A stretch of DNA of 64,000 nt from Enterobacteria phage vB_EcoM_IME540: sequence record MT150133.1; one strand, written 5' to 3'. Of this stretch, positions 28,621 through 37,884 are shown one piece after another. The position numbers and the translations under genes are program-made. Numbering within the stretch: position 1 is the first letter of the stretch; every line of letters begins with the position of its first letter. Below the pieces are notes generated by a model that was given only the letters and a program-made list of their open reading frames with translations, had not been told where the DNA came from and did no database searches.

Positions 28621-28683
28621 AATAATTTCCTCAGTAAGTAATTAAGAACCTAGAACCATTATACCATCCTTGGTATAAAGCGT

Positions 28684-29208
28684 TTATGCGAGAACCGTCT
28701 TTAAACGCTCTTCAAATTTCTGAAGCAGAGCTTGGCGTTCAGCTCGTTGTGATTTGTACTGCTCGATACGACCTGAAGTGAGGGCGTACTGTTCGTTTAC
28801 TGATTCCCGCATGAATTCAGGAATCTCTTTACAAGCTTTGATTTCGTCAAACTTATCAATAACAGCTTGTTGTTCAGCAATCAGATTATCGAAATAAGCG
28901 ATATCAGATTTAACGTTTGCCAGGTCGGATTCGGTAGGCATTAAACGTTTGTTACGTTCAGCTTGATAAGCTTGATTGGTTTCACGGCTCCAGTGAAGAG
29001 TACGTTTTTTGTTGGTGTTTTTATAGAGCTCTACAATACCAACTGAATCGATGATAACAATCCAGTTCCAACGGCTTTTGTAAATCTCTCCTCCAGATAC
29101 AGTAATCTCATTACCACAAGCAACGTCGTTAAAGAACTTGCTTTGTTTTTCAGATTTGAAATTACCGTTGTTGAAATTAATCAGTGAAAAAATATCTTTA
29201 GCGTTCAT
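28684..29208 (-). CDS. hypothetical protein (174 aa)
   Basis: coding-strand ORF preceded by a promoter element. Confidence 0.5.
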   Translation of the reverse strand: MNAKDIFSLINFNNGNFKSEKQSKFFNDVACGNEITVSGGEIYKSRWNWIVIIDSVGIVELYKNTNKKRTLHWSRETNQAYQAERNKRLMPTESDLANVKSDIAYFDNLIAEQQAVIDKFDEIKACKEIPEFMRESVNEQYALTSGRIEQYKSQRAERQALLQKFEERLKTVLA

Positions 29209-29234
29209 GATAACCTCCAGTAGTTGATATGTCT

Positions 29235-29263
29235 ATAGTATCATTTCTACTGGAGATGTAAAC
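29235..29263 (-). promoter_or_regulatory. early promoter element (GTTTAC-N17-TACTAT)
   Basis: family member: gtctatagtatcatttctactggagatgtaaac. Confidence 0.55.
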
Positions 29264-29265
29264 AA

Positions 29266-29607
29266 CTAATAGAAACTTTTTTCACCTGCTTGTCCACTAA
29301 ACCACGCTGATTGGGTCACAGTTTTCCTTTGTTGAGCGATACGCTCTTGATAATCACTACGAATGGCGCGCTGCTTATCTCTGAAGTCGCCTGCCAACTT
29401 TACCTGCTTGCGGTCTAGATTTATTAAGGCCTGGGTCTTCGCGGCCAAGAGCAATCTCCTGTAGTCTCCTTCTTCGGATTCAGTTTTATAAACTCTATTA
29501 GTATATCCGTCGACAACTTCTTTATCATAGTCCTCGACGGACTGTTTCATGGCATCACGATGGGCCAAACCTGCGTTATAAAGATTGTAAATAAATTGTT
29601 CGAACAT
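29266..29607 (-). CDS. hypothetical protein (113 aa)
   Basis: coding-strand ORF. Confidence 0.45.
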   Translation of the reverse strand: MFEQFIYNLYNAGLAHRDAMKQSVEDYDKEVVDGYTNRVYKTESEEGDYRRLLLAAKTQALINLDRKQVKLAGDFRDKQRAIRSDYQERIAQQRKTVTQSAWFSGQAGEKSFY

Positions 29608-29616
29608 AATTTATCC

Positions 29617-30597
29617 TTATTTCAGAAGTGTAACTTCAGAGATTTCACCCCAGTCATTTTTATCGGTGGCAATGAAATCCGCCAGATAAAGAGCTGTACG
29701 TAATGATACGTTACGAAGACGAGATACATTAGCCTTCATCCATGCTAAAGCTTGGTAAGTCTCGGCGTCAGTCAGACCACGGTTTTGCATCATATCAGTG
29801 GACAGGATAACGTCTTCAACACGAACCATAATCTCTTCGTTCGAGTGAACTCCGAGGTCTAAGTAAACTGAACGCGATACTAAAGCCTGGAGGTGTGGAG
29901 CAAGTTTAGTTCCACGCTCTAATTCACGGTCGATATCAACGTTGGTGATGAACACGATGGTGCCTTCGTATTCGAATTCTTTATCGATGTTTTTATCATC
30001 GAGATAAGAACTTGAAGTGCTCCAGCACACCTTACGTTTTTCACCGGTATCCAATGCCGCTTTCAGAAGGTTCAGGATATCCATATCAGAGAATACATCA
30101 ACATCATCGATAAGAAGAACACTATTAGGGCCGCGGTTATTCCAAAGCTGCTCGTAAAGACCGATTCCACTAATCTTTCCGTTGATTGATTTATATTCGA
30201 TAGTTTCATTTTCGTGGGCATTCTGTAATGCTTTATCCAAAGAATACGTTTTACCAATACCTGCGGCACCAGAGATGATAAGGGAACGAATTTTACCATC
30301 GATGATTCCGTTGGTCATCATGTTCATTACTTTAAAACGTTTGTTGATGCGATGTTTCATTTCTTCAGCGGATTCAGTAACAACTGCAGGAGCTTCAGCA
30401 CCTTCGGTTTCGATATCACATTTGAACACCCATACACCACGTTCAACACCATCAATCTGTACGAATACCTTGCCATCACCGAGGTGAGCTTCGGATTCAT
30501 GAATTTTATTAGGGAACCAGGTTTTACCTGAACTCATGAACGTACCAGAGATTACATTACCGCGATAGATACCTTTGTTGATTTTGATAGTTAACAT
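29617..30597 (-). CDS. P-loop NTPase (AAA-like), unknown function
   Basis: Walker A SGAAGIGKT and Walker B VLLIDDVD; start trimmed to MLTIKINKG with GGAGA SD. Confidence 0.55.
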   Translation of the reverse strand: MLTIKINKGIYRGNVISGTFMSSGKTWFPNKIHESEAHLGDGKVFVQIDGVERGVWVFKCDIETEGAEAPAVVTESAEEMKHRINKRFKVMNMMTNGIIDGKIRSLIISGAAGIGKTYSLDKALQNAHENETIEYKSINGKISGIGLYEQLWNNRGPNSVLLIDDVDVFSDMDILNLLKAALDTGEKRKVCWSTSSSYLDDKNIDKEFEYEGTIVFITNVDIDRELERGTKLAPHLQALVSRSVYLDLGVHSNEEIMVRVEDVILSTDMMQNRGLTDAETYQALAWMKANVSRLRNVSLRTALYLADFIATDKNDWGEISEVTLLK

Positions 30598-30634
30598 TAT
30601 ATTCTCCATTTCACTCAGTAGATTTGATAGGTCC

Positions 30635-30663
30635 ATAATAACATGCTCTACGAGAGTGTAAAC
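30635..30663 (-). promoter_or_regulatory. early promoter element (GTTTAC-N17-TATTAT)
   Basis: rc GTTTACACTCTCGTAGAGCATGTTATTAT. Confidence 0.5.
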
Positions 30664-30702
30664 TCTTTTTTGCACTAAACCCAAAAAGGAACCCGAAGGT
30701 TC

Positions 30703-30891
30703 CTAAATTGCATTCCAATAATTATGGAAGCGGATATTATTAATGGCCCACTCAACAAATCGTCTTATCTGTTTAGGCGTTGGTTTACATACGTACTTGA
30801 TATTGCCGCGGCGTCCAGTTTCTTTACATACTGCTTCAAGATACCATCGGCGAGTTTTATGAGGCCTTCCATATGATAAAAAGACCTTCAT
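30703..30891 (-). CDS. hypothetical basic protein (~62 aa)
   Basis: ORF-track start is TTG; trimmed to MKVFLSYGRPHKTRRW. Confidence 0.4.
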   Translation of the reverse strand: MKVFLSYGRPHKTRRWYLEAVCKETGRRGNIKYVCKPTPKQIRRFVEWAINNIRFHNYWNAI

Positions 30892-30898
30892 TTCTTCG

Positions 30899-31909
30899 TT
30901 ATCGATAATAAGCGTTGTGATTGTCAAGGTATACCTCTTCAACAAACTTGTCCCAGAACTTCATATCTACCTTCTCAGGCATACCGTTCTTAGCAGCCTG
31001 GATGGCTAGGACTTCAACCAAATCAACAGTATCTTCAAGAAGTTCTTGAACTTCTTTAAATGGTAATTCACCGGCTTTAATAAGCTTAATGATAGAGGCT
31101 TCGCGCAATGGGAACACCAGGTCGCCTGTTTGGTAGATTTCCAACAATTGATACCCTGCGCGATAAGCATGGCTCAGAGCTTTCCAGTCAATACCTTCGT
31201 TAGCTTCAGCTTTACGGGCCCGTTCACCATATTCCGCATCGAGCTTATTCAGAGATTGCTTGAGCTCGATTAAAGATAAAGTAGTTTGGTACTTACGTCC
31301 GAGAACAGTATAGAACGTTTGAGGGCCTGTTTTCTCATGGTTATGGAATACCCATTCACAGAACTCGTTTTCAGGGAGTCGATGTTTAATATCTTCTACA
31401 CGAGTACGACGTTGCTTAGTCGAACCATCTTCTTGATAATCGACCCACTGTTCAGGAATCTGGTTGACTATTGCCAATACACCACGCAGAGCAGCCAGAC
31501 GAGAACCCTTAACACCATATTTAGAAGCTTGCTTGCGGACGTACCCTAAATAGGCTTTCATGTTGGTTGTATAGAACCGTGAACGGTTGTCTTGGATAAA
31601 TTTCCATACATCAGGTAAATCAGATTTAACCACCATTTCGGGTGGAGTGTGGAGCATATCCAGAGCAACGGTTTCGCCATCAGCAGCCAGTTTAAAGAAA
31701 TATTTCAGGCTATAAAGCTCATGGTCAACATCATCTTTAGTGTTTTTGGAAGCAGTGTTATTCGTGTTCAGGTTGGTATGGTTCATAGCCGTACCTAACA
31801 GAATATCACGCGGATGCGGAACAAAGATTTCTTTAAAATCGACATCAGATTCCGGAGTACTTGTTCCATAAAGGTGGCTACCGAAGTAGCCCTTCATAAT
31901 TGTTCTCAT
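30899..31909 (-). CDS. nucleotidyltransferase-fold protein (Pol-beta superfamily-like), unknown function
   Basis: GSHLYGTSTPESDVDF fits the minimal NTase GS-x(9-13)-DxD signature; ORF-track start is GTG, ATG candidates at 31909 and 31897. Confidence 0.5.
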   Translation of the reverse strand: MRTIMKGYFGSHLYGTSTPESDVDFKEIFVPHPRDILLGTAMNHTNLNTNNTASKNTKDDVDHELYSLKYFFKLAADGETVALDMLHTPPEMVVKSDLPDVWKFIQDNRSRFYTTNMKAYLGYVRKQASKYGVKGSRLAALRGVLAIVNQIPEQWVDYQEDGSTKQRRTRVEDIKHRLPENEFCEWVFHNHEKTGPQTFYTVLGRKYQTTLSLIELKQSLNKLDAEYGERARKAEANEGIDWKALSHAYRAGYQLLEIYQTGDLVFPLREASIIKLIKAGELPFKEVQELLEDTVDLVEVLAIQAAKNGMPEKVDMKFWDKFVEEVYLDNHNAYYR

Positions 31910-32364
31910 TCTTTGTTCTCGAAGTGGATTACAGGACACATCTTAGATTTACGAGCTTTAATGTATTGAATAACGATATTTTCTTTAATTTCCTTTCCTT
32001 CACGTTTAGCTTTAATTAGTTGCCATTCCTTTTCTTCTTTACGTAAATCATACCAGGACCATAAATTCATTAGGCCATACATTAAACCAACGGCTACCGC
32101 TAGAATAAGAGCCAGTGTAACCAGTCCTAAAATAAAACCTAAACTTAAACCAACAGGAGTACTCAATACAAAGAACTGCTCCAATATACCGGCACCTGCA
32201 ACAGTTAAGCCGAAAATAGTACTACCTGCAAGCACAGAACATATAAAGCACACCCAAACCATTTTCCAGAAGTAAGCACACAAAGAGTGTGGTCGAGAAT
32301 GACGGTCATAAAAACGGTCATGAAGTTTAGCGTGCCAAGAGTTTGCATTGATAATCATAATCAT
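31906..32364 (-). CDS. membrane protein (152 aa)
   Basis: two long hydrophobic helices, charged C-terminus. Confidence 0.5.
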   Translation of the reverse strand: MIMIINANSWHAKLHDRFYDRHSRPHSLCAYFWKMVWVCFICSVLAGSTIFGLTVAGAGILEQFFVLSTPVGLSLGFILGLVTLALILAVAVGLMYGLMNLWSWYDLRKEEKEWQLIKAKREGKEIKENIVIQYIKARKSKMCPVIHFENKE

Positions 32365-32374
32365 AATATTTTCC

Positions 32375-32935
32375 TTAAGAGTTCATAGTTGGGATAACAG
32401 AGTTCAGATAAGAGACTAAAACTTTTAGTTCGTCTTTAGTAAATACCACTTCACTTTCACCATCGTGTCTTTGGGTCAAGGATAGCAAATCACGACCCTG
32501 ATATTGATACACGGTTAATTCAGTATCATAATCCAGTTCTTCTTCGTCGCCTTCAAATGTTTCACTAGAGCGAATTACAGCATCTTGGCCAGGGACTTTC
32601 CATTCGACTTCTGGCTTGCATTCTTCCTGGAACAGTTTGAAAATACAATCAAAGAATTTATCAGAATCGCTGATGCTCAGACATTCAATACCATTTTCCA
32701 GATTAAACCCAGTTTCATTTTTATAGATATAGGCAAACACATCATCATTGATATCGATAGGAGCCCTATGTCGACCGTTAAGATAATCATGTCTATCTAA
32801 AACCATTAAATCATAAAGCGGTTTAATATCAGCGATAGTCAGTACGATTTTATCGTCTTCTTGTGAAAGCTCAATTGCGTTATTAACTACTTCAGCGGAC
32901 AGTTCGCCAAACAATTCAGTTGTTTCAATAATCAT
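32375..32935 (-). CDS. hypothetical acidic protein (186 aa)
   Basis: coding-strand ORF. Confidence 0.5.
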   Translation of the reverse strand: MIIETTELFGELSAEVVNNAIELSQEDDKIVLTIADIKPLYDLMVLDRHDYLNGRHRAPIDINDDVFAYIYKNETGFNLENGIECLSISDSDKFFDCIFKLFQEECKPEVEWKVPGQDAVIRSSETFEGDEEELDYDTELTVYQYQGRDLLSLTQRHDGESEVVFTKDELKVLVSYLNSVIPTMNS

Positions 32936-32945
32936 TTTCTATTCC

Positions 32946-33212
32946 TCAACGGTTATGTTTTAAAATACTATAAAGCTCTTCGACTTGGTCTGCATTCAGA
33001 CAAATCATATCATTTTCTTGTTGGAGCGTAATTCCACCTTTTTCTTCCCAATCTTTAACAAAGACGTCATCGTCAGATTCTTCAACATCTGCTAAAAGGA
33101 CAATCACACCATCTTCAGAACAACCATTTGGGTCATATAACATTACAGTTTCCTCGCTAACCATGAAAAGAATAAACCAATTAAAACAGGCCCTACAGCC
33201 ATTGTTAACCAA
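32946..33212 (-). CDS. hypothetical protein (88 aa; TTG start in ORF track)
   Basis: coding-strand ORF; likely begins at internal MLYDPNG. Confidence 0.4.
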   Translation of the reverse strand: MVNNGCRACFNWFILFMVSEETVMLYDPNGCSEDGVIVLLADVEESDDDVFVKDWEEKGGITLQQENDMICLNADQVEELYSILKHNR

Positions 33213-33262
33213 GCCCAGGGTTCTAAGTAATAAATCATCTCATACTCCTGTGCCAATAGCCA

Positions 33263-33445
33263 TTATGCTTTCAACTCATTAAGATACTCAACCAATGCCG
33301 CTTTAGAGTTATCCAAATCTCGTTTACACTGCTCTATTGCGGAATATGAATAGCCTTCACAATGTTCTACTGCACTATCATAAGAATCACGTTCAATAGC
33401 AGTAGCCAGCTTAAGGATTTGTTCAATCTGTTCAGTAGTTAACAT
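33263..33445 (-). CDS. hypothetical protein (60 aa)
   Basis: coding-strand ORF. Confidence 0.4.
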   Translation of the reverse strand: MLTTEQIEQILKLATAIERDSYDSAVEHCEGYSYSAIEQCKRDLDNSKAALVEYLNELKA

Positions 33446-33449
33446 ATTA

Positions 33450-33686
33450 TCACCAGTATTTGTTGATGGTAGAAATCAATTCTTGGGCTTGAGTAGTCTT
33501 CAGCTTACACCCACAACCCTTTAATGTATCTTTAAGGAGCCATGGTTCCTTGAGCTCGTCCTTTTCTAGGCGAATTCTGTATCCTCGATAATCGACAAAG
33601 ATGCTTCGGTCGTCGAATATCTTAACCTCAAGAAGGCGGTTATTAATTTCATATTCTAATGAAACCGTAGTACTTGTAAGTTTCAT
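33450..33686 (-). CDS. hypothetical protein (78 aa)
   Basis: coding-strand ORF preceded by a promoter element. Confidence 0.5.
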   Translation of the reverse strand: MKLTSTTVSLEYEINNRLLEVKIFDDRSIFVDYRGYRIRLEKDELKEPWLLKDTLKGCGCKLKTTQAQELISTINKYW

Positions 33687-33714
33687 TTTGTTCTCCTCAT
33701 TAGTTGATAGGTCT

Positions 33715-33743
33715 ATAGTATCACGTTCCTAGAGGATGTAAAC
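33715..33743 (-). promoter_or_regulatory. early promoter element (GTTTAC-N17-TACTAT)
   Basis: family member: gtctatagtatcacgttcctagaggatgtaaac. Confidence 0.55.
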
Positions 33744-33756
33744 ACCTAAACGAAAA

Positions 33757-33782
33757 AAGGTCCCACCGAAGTGAGACCTTTG
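33757..33782 (-). terminator. intrinsic terminator (8-bp stem, UUCG loop, T-run)
   Basis: minus strand GGTCTCAC-UUCG-GTGGGACC then TTTTTTCGTTT. Confidence 0.55.
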
Positions 33783-33783
33783 A

Positions 33784-34167
33784 TTATTCTAACGTTAGCA
33801 AATACTTAGTCTGGTAAAAGACCCCAGTGATATCGTCCAAAGTCGACTGGATGGCCTTAGGAAGGGTATCATAGATTTTATCAGATGCTTTAAGAAGCTC
33901 GTCAAGAAAATCTACCGGGTCCTTAGGCAAGTCTGAAGCAGACGGTAATGATGCTTTATATTCTTTGCCACTGAACCCGAGATATTGCTCGCTAAATTGG
34001 TCCAGCGGTCCTTGAACTTCTACATAATAGAAGTCATATGCTTTGTGTCTTGCATAGCTTTTGGTTTCTAAATGGGCTGACTTAAAATAGGCTAAAGAAA
34101 CCAGTAGCCAACCAATATAAGAATCCACTTCAGACCCTCGACCGGGTACGAAATCATTGAACTTCAT
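33784..34167 (-). CDS. hypothetical protein (127 aa)
   Basis: coding-strand ORF ending at the terminator. Confidence 0.5.
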   Translation of the reverse strand: MKFNDFVPGRGSEVDSYIGWLLVSLAYFKSAHLETKSYARHKAYDFYYVEVQGPLDQFSEQYLGFSGKEYKASLPSASDLPKDPVDFLDELLKASDKIYDTLPKAIQSTLDDITGVFYQTKYLLTLE

Positions 34168-34447
34168 CTTCCACCTTCATTAGTTTTGCATAACGCTCTC
34201 CGATGGCGCGACCTTCAATTGAGCACGCTTCTATAGTCCGACAACTTGAAATCTTCCAAGAAGCCGTAACATAGGCCCAATAGTCTTCGGAGGCTTTTAC
34301 GCTGGGTCTACTCATTTGCGCATAAACAGGCATCGCACTACTAGCAAATGCATCCATCAATTTATCGTTGGTACCATTTGCTAGTGAAACTGTAGGGCTT
34401 AAACATCCCGCCATAAGGATACAAGCCGCTGTACGGAAAATATCCAT
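34154..34447 (-). CDS. putative lipoprotein (97 aa)
   Basis: N-terminus MDIFRTAACILMAGC has a lipobox-like LMAGC; TATAAATA late-promoter motif about 95 nt upstream. Confidence 0.45.
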   Translation of the reverse strand: MDIFRTAACILMAGCLSPTVSLANGTNDKLMDAFASSAMPVYAQMSRPSVKASEDYWAYVTASWKISSCRTIEACSIEGRAIGERYAKLMKVEDEVQ

Positions 34448-34538
34448 ACAAAAGTCCTTTGTTGTTTTATACTATTTGCCTTTCGGCCTTAACCGATAGC
34501 GATTACCAAAAGCTAAAGCTCTACGGTTAGTATTATTA

Positions 34539-34546
34539 TTTATAGC
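34539..34546 (-). promoter_or_regulatory. late promoter motif TATAAATA
   Basis: rc of tatttata; upstream of ORF 34154..34447. Confidence 0.35.
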
Positions 34547-34693
34547 TTTTTAAGCTTACGACAATAAGAATAGAACACGTCGTTAAAATTATGCTCAACC
34601 CAATTCCTCTGTATAGGCGAGGTAATGGAAAGCATATAATGCGCTTTAATTAAATCCATCCCATTTTTATTAGGACACTCTTTATTATTAGCA

Positions 34694-34819
34694 TTATACG
34701 TCGCTGCTACAACCTTCTATCTCTCTTTTGTAAGCCACATCATCCATGATAGGCGAAAGAACAATATAAGAAATAGCCACAGCGAACGCTAGAATTAAAA
34801 TCTTTGAATTTAGGTCCAT
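34694..34819 (-). CDS. small hydrophobic peptide (41 aa, below ORF-track cutoff)
   Basis: ATG with GAGGG SD; MDLNSKILILAFAVAISYIVLSPIM. Confidence 0.3.
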   Translation of the reverse strand: MDLNSKILILAFAVAISYIVLSPIMDDVAYKREIEGCSSDV

Positions 34820-34826
34820 AGTACCC

Positions 34827-35399
34827 TCAACTCGTTATTTCTATCCAGTGCTTCCTGCACAATGACACGTAAGAATCGTTGCCACCTATAGAAACTTGGG
34901 CTCCGTCCTTAATTGCGATACCATCTTGGATACGAGCCGTCATAGTAGCTTTACGGCCGCAATGGCACACACCTTTGTACTCAACGAGTTTATCTGCCGT
35001 AGCGAGTAATTCAGCAGAGCCAGGAAACAGTTTACCCTGAAAATCAGTTCTTAGCCCATAACACATAACTGGAACATTATAATTGTCTACTATCTTCGCC
35101 AGTTGTTTTATCTGTGCAGGTTCTAAGAACTGTGCTTCATCCACAAATACACAGTGGATATCTTTTTGAGATTCAGCCCAACGATAGAACTCGTATAGGT
35201 CCATATCCGGAGTCACGGCATTAGCCTCTTGACTAATCCCTATACGAGACGAAATGCTATGGCTTGATTCTCTATTGTCTACCGCGGGCTTTAAAAGGAG
35301 TACGCCCATACCACGTTCTTTGTAGTTATGAGCTGCCGTTAGCAATGAAGCGGTTTTCCCGGAATTCATCGCCGCATAGTGAAACATCAAGCTTGCCAT
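34827..35399 (-). CDS. tk: thymidine kinase
   Basis: 190 aa; P-loop YAAMNSGKT and C-terminal Cys cluster typical of type II TK; syntenic with T4 tk. Confidence 0.9.
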   Translation of the reverse strand: MASLMFHYAAMNSGKTASLLTAAHNYKERGMGVLLLKPAVDNRESSHSISSRIGISQEANAVTPDMDLYEFYRWAESQKDIHCVFVDEAQFLEPAQIKQLAKIVDNYNVPVMCYGLRTDFQGKLFPGSAELLATADKLVEYKGVCHCGRKATMTARIQDGIAIKDGAQVSIGGNDSYVSLCRKHWIEITS

Positions 35400-36124
35400 T
35401 TAAATACAACTCCTCTATAAGAGCAATTAGGATAACCTTTGCTTATAGCTATCTTTTTAAACATATATGCTGAAGGCTTATTGGATTCTTCCCATAAGAG
35501 TTTTAATTCATCGTAAAATTTCCAAGATTCGTTTCTTATAGGAGAAGGTTTTCCTGCCATAGCGCCCTTTTTACCGTACATGGGATTCTTTTTGCCCTTT
35601 TTGGCGTTACTCATATTTTCTATGGTTTCAGCGCTATGTTTAAATCCTTTTAATTTTTTAGAGGCTAATCCTATTTTAGCTTTATGCTCATCACTAAATC
35701 CTATTCTATTGGAATAATGGTTTAAACCTTTATTAGAAGTGGTGAATTTAGAAGCTTCTATTCTGGCTTTGCTCCATTTAACTCCTTTTCTAGACCTAGA
35801 CATTTTCTGTTTAGTTAAATTAGATAATTTGGTTCCTTTCTTTTTACCTCTTCCGCCATCAGCAAAATTTAAAGAATGCTTACCATATTTTAATTTAGCC
35901 TTTTCAACTAAAGGAATTTCGGCGGCATACGCCTCTTCTTCAGATTCGAAGAATTCTAATATACGAGTTTTATAAGGATGCTTTTTACAAATATTTTTAA
36001 CTACCGTACCACTTCCATAATACCCGTCTGAAAGATTATCAGTGGAGTGTTTACCTACATAGTAATAATTTGCCTTATGGGTTTTTATTACAGTCAAGTA
36101 ATTATAATGGAATTCCTTTGCCAT
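35387..36124 (-). mobile_element. GIY-YIG homing endonuclease (Seg-like)
   Basis: YYYVGKHST...DGYYGSG GIY-YIG core plus a basic repeat-rich DNA-binding tail; overlaps the tk start by 13 nt. Confidence 0.75.
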
Positions 36125-36133
36125 ATTACCTTC

Positions 36134-36340
36134 TTAAAGCGTATTCACATAAGCTATTAATTCGTTTTCTTTCTCATCAAATCGATTGACAAATTCTTCC
36201 TGATGTTCGGGAGATAGCGGGCCATATTCATCATAAAAAGAATTTGCTTCTGCATGCTCATCTAGAAGTTCATGGATAAGCTCAAACAATTTATCTTTCT
36301 GTTCTTTACTCAGACTCATAACCATTGTACCTTTAAGCAA
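36134..36340 (-). CDS. hypothetical acidic protein (68 aa)
   Basis: coding-strand ORF. Confidence 0.45.
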   Translation of the reverse strand: MLKGTMVMSLSKEQKDKLFELIHELLDEHAEANSFYDEYGPLSPEHQEEFVNRFDEKENELIAYVNTL

Positions 36341-36528
36341 TATTCTTCTACATGCTGCTTACGTTTATTTTTATCTATAAAAGTATATTCAACATATTCA
36401 CCGATATACCATTTATCGGTGTTGTGTTGACTTTTTATAGGGCATTTAGTTACTCGGGTTTCGGACCAGTGTCGAATAATTTCCGCTTTATTTTTAGGGT
36501 CAAACGGATGCGGGTAATGGGCTTTCAT
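36316..36528 (-). CDS. hypothetical protein (70 aa)
   Basis: coding-strand ORF. Confidence 0.45.
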   Translation of the reverse strand: MKAHYPHPFDPKNKAEIIRHWSETRVTKCPIKSQHNTDKWYIGEYVEYTFIDKNKRKQHVEEYCLKVQWL

Positions 36529-36967
36529 AATCTACCACCACTAAATTAATATCAGGAGTAAACAAATTAATCAATTGGTAAACCTTGTCCCAATCACCAC
36601 CAGCAATACCACAACCGATGCGAGGAATATAAATTCTTGGTTTAAACAAAAGACCTTTTGCTTGTTGATTTAATTCTATCATACAGTTTACTAAAGCACC
36701 GTAATCAAGATTAGGGCCTGGTTCGTATTGGGTGTATAAATTATAGCAAATTTGGCCCTTATTACCTGTGGCTTGAGTAAACGTGCCAAGTTTTTCCAAA
36801 TGGCCTAAATAAGTGGTTTTATCGATAGCGAGAATAGGCGGATAAGCCTTAGCCAATTGCCCAGCTACACCTGAACCCATTGTGTGGAAACAGTTACACC
36901 CGTGTGCAACATTATTACCTTGAAGAAATAGGGCGACAATATCGCCCTTAATATAATCAATAATCAT
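36500..36967 (-). CDS. macro-domain-like protein (ADP-ribose binding/processing)
   Basis: GDIV...NNVAHGCN...GSGVAGQL...IPRIGCGIAGG resembles macro-domain GDIT / NAAN / GGGV / I-P-x-IS-G-GxxG motifs. Confidence 0.5.
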   Translation of the reverse strand: MIIDYIKGDIVALFLQGNNVAHGCNCFHTMGSGVAGQLAKAYPPILAIDKTTYLGHLEKLGTFTQATGNKGQICYNLYTQYEPGPNLDYGALVNCMIELNQQAKGLLFKPRIYIPRIGCGIAGGDWDKVYQLINLFTPDINLVVVDYESPLPASV

Positions 36968-37320
36968 TTAGAGTTTAATCCTCGATTGTATGAATCAACG
37001 AGTCTGTCTACCATAGACGCGCACATTTCTTTGTACTTTTTATCAGATGGAATACATTCAGTAACGTTTAGACGTTGCTCGTATCTTTTAGAAAGAGTTT
37101 TCTCTTTCATTCGACGATGCTCTACGTCGTTCTGCCCATCTTTAAAAGCAGCCGTGATTTTTGAACTGAATTCGATAATGCATTCAGTATTACTCGGATG
37201 ACAATAATCTTTTGCTGTACGGGTAGCATACTCGACAATTGAATTATTACTATCATAAACTTGTGACGCTAATACTCCCGGAGCAATCAACATAAGCGCT
37301 ATAGTCATCTGCTTAATCAT
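36964..37320 (-). CDS. secreted protein (signal peptide)
   Basis: N-terminus MIKQMTIALMLIAPGVLASQ is a signal peptide; Cys-containing mature domain. Confidence 0.5.
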   Translation of the reverse strand: MIKQMTIALMLIAPGVLASQVYDSNNSIVEYATRTAKDYCHPSNTECIIEFSSKITAAFKDGQNDVEHRRMKEKTLSKRYEQRLNVTECIPSDKKYKEMCASMVDRLVDSYNRGLNSK

Positions 37321-37884
37321 TTAATATACCGCCTCAAACATCTTTTTAGATTTTAGATAATTGGCCTTTTCTAGAACTTCAGAAGCATATTTACTGCCTG
37401 CTTCGACGTTCCAGCCCGCATTATAAGAAGCAATCGCTTTTCTCAGGTCACCTTTGTGAACATCAATCCAATAAGACAGTTCAATGTAGGCCCAAGAGGC
37501 ACTGTTCTGTCGTTTTTGGACCATACGAATTATTTCTTTGTCTGACATCTTCCAACCTACCTGTTGAACACGACTTCTTAACGTAGGCAAGTAATTTTGG
37601 AACATGCCATAAGCATGGTGCTTATCTTTATTTAAACCCTGATTAATTCCGGCAGATGATTCCTGCCATAGTAATCCGGCCATAATATATCCTAATCCTT
37701 TTTGATTAGGGGTTTCTTTGAACTTTCCCGACTTTTGGTATTGTTCACCGAAAGCATACGCATAATGTAAATTATCGAGCTGGGTTTCTGTAAATACGGG
37801 TTCTGCTGCACTTACAGAAAACGAACCACACATAATAGCCGCTATTAAAGAATATTTAAGTTTTTTTAGAAAAATCATAATCAA
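37321..37884 (-). CDS. lytic transglycosylase (SLT-domain) with signal peptide
   Basis: LLWQESSAG (catalytic E-S) and AYNAG-like ASYNAGW motifs; N-terminal signal peptide. Confidence 0.55.
   Translation of the reverse strand: MIMIFLKKLKYSLIAAIMCGSFSVSAAEPVFTETQLDNLHYAYAFGEQYQKSGKFKETPNQKGLGYIMAGLLWQESSAGINQGLNKDKHHAYGMFQNYLPTLRSRVQQVGWKMSDKEIIRMVQKRQNSASWAYIELSYWIDVHKGDLRKAIASYNAGWNVEAGSKYASEVLEKANYLKSKKMFEAVY

Noticed and set aside
19900-31000. Search for anaerobic RNR (nrdD/nrdG), alpha-glucosyltransferase or intron-encoded endonucleases within large genes
   Set aside because: No ORF of appropriate size or motif found in this window, and no interrupted conserved gene detected.
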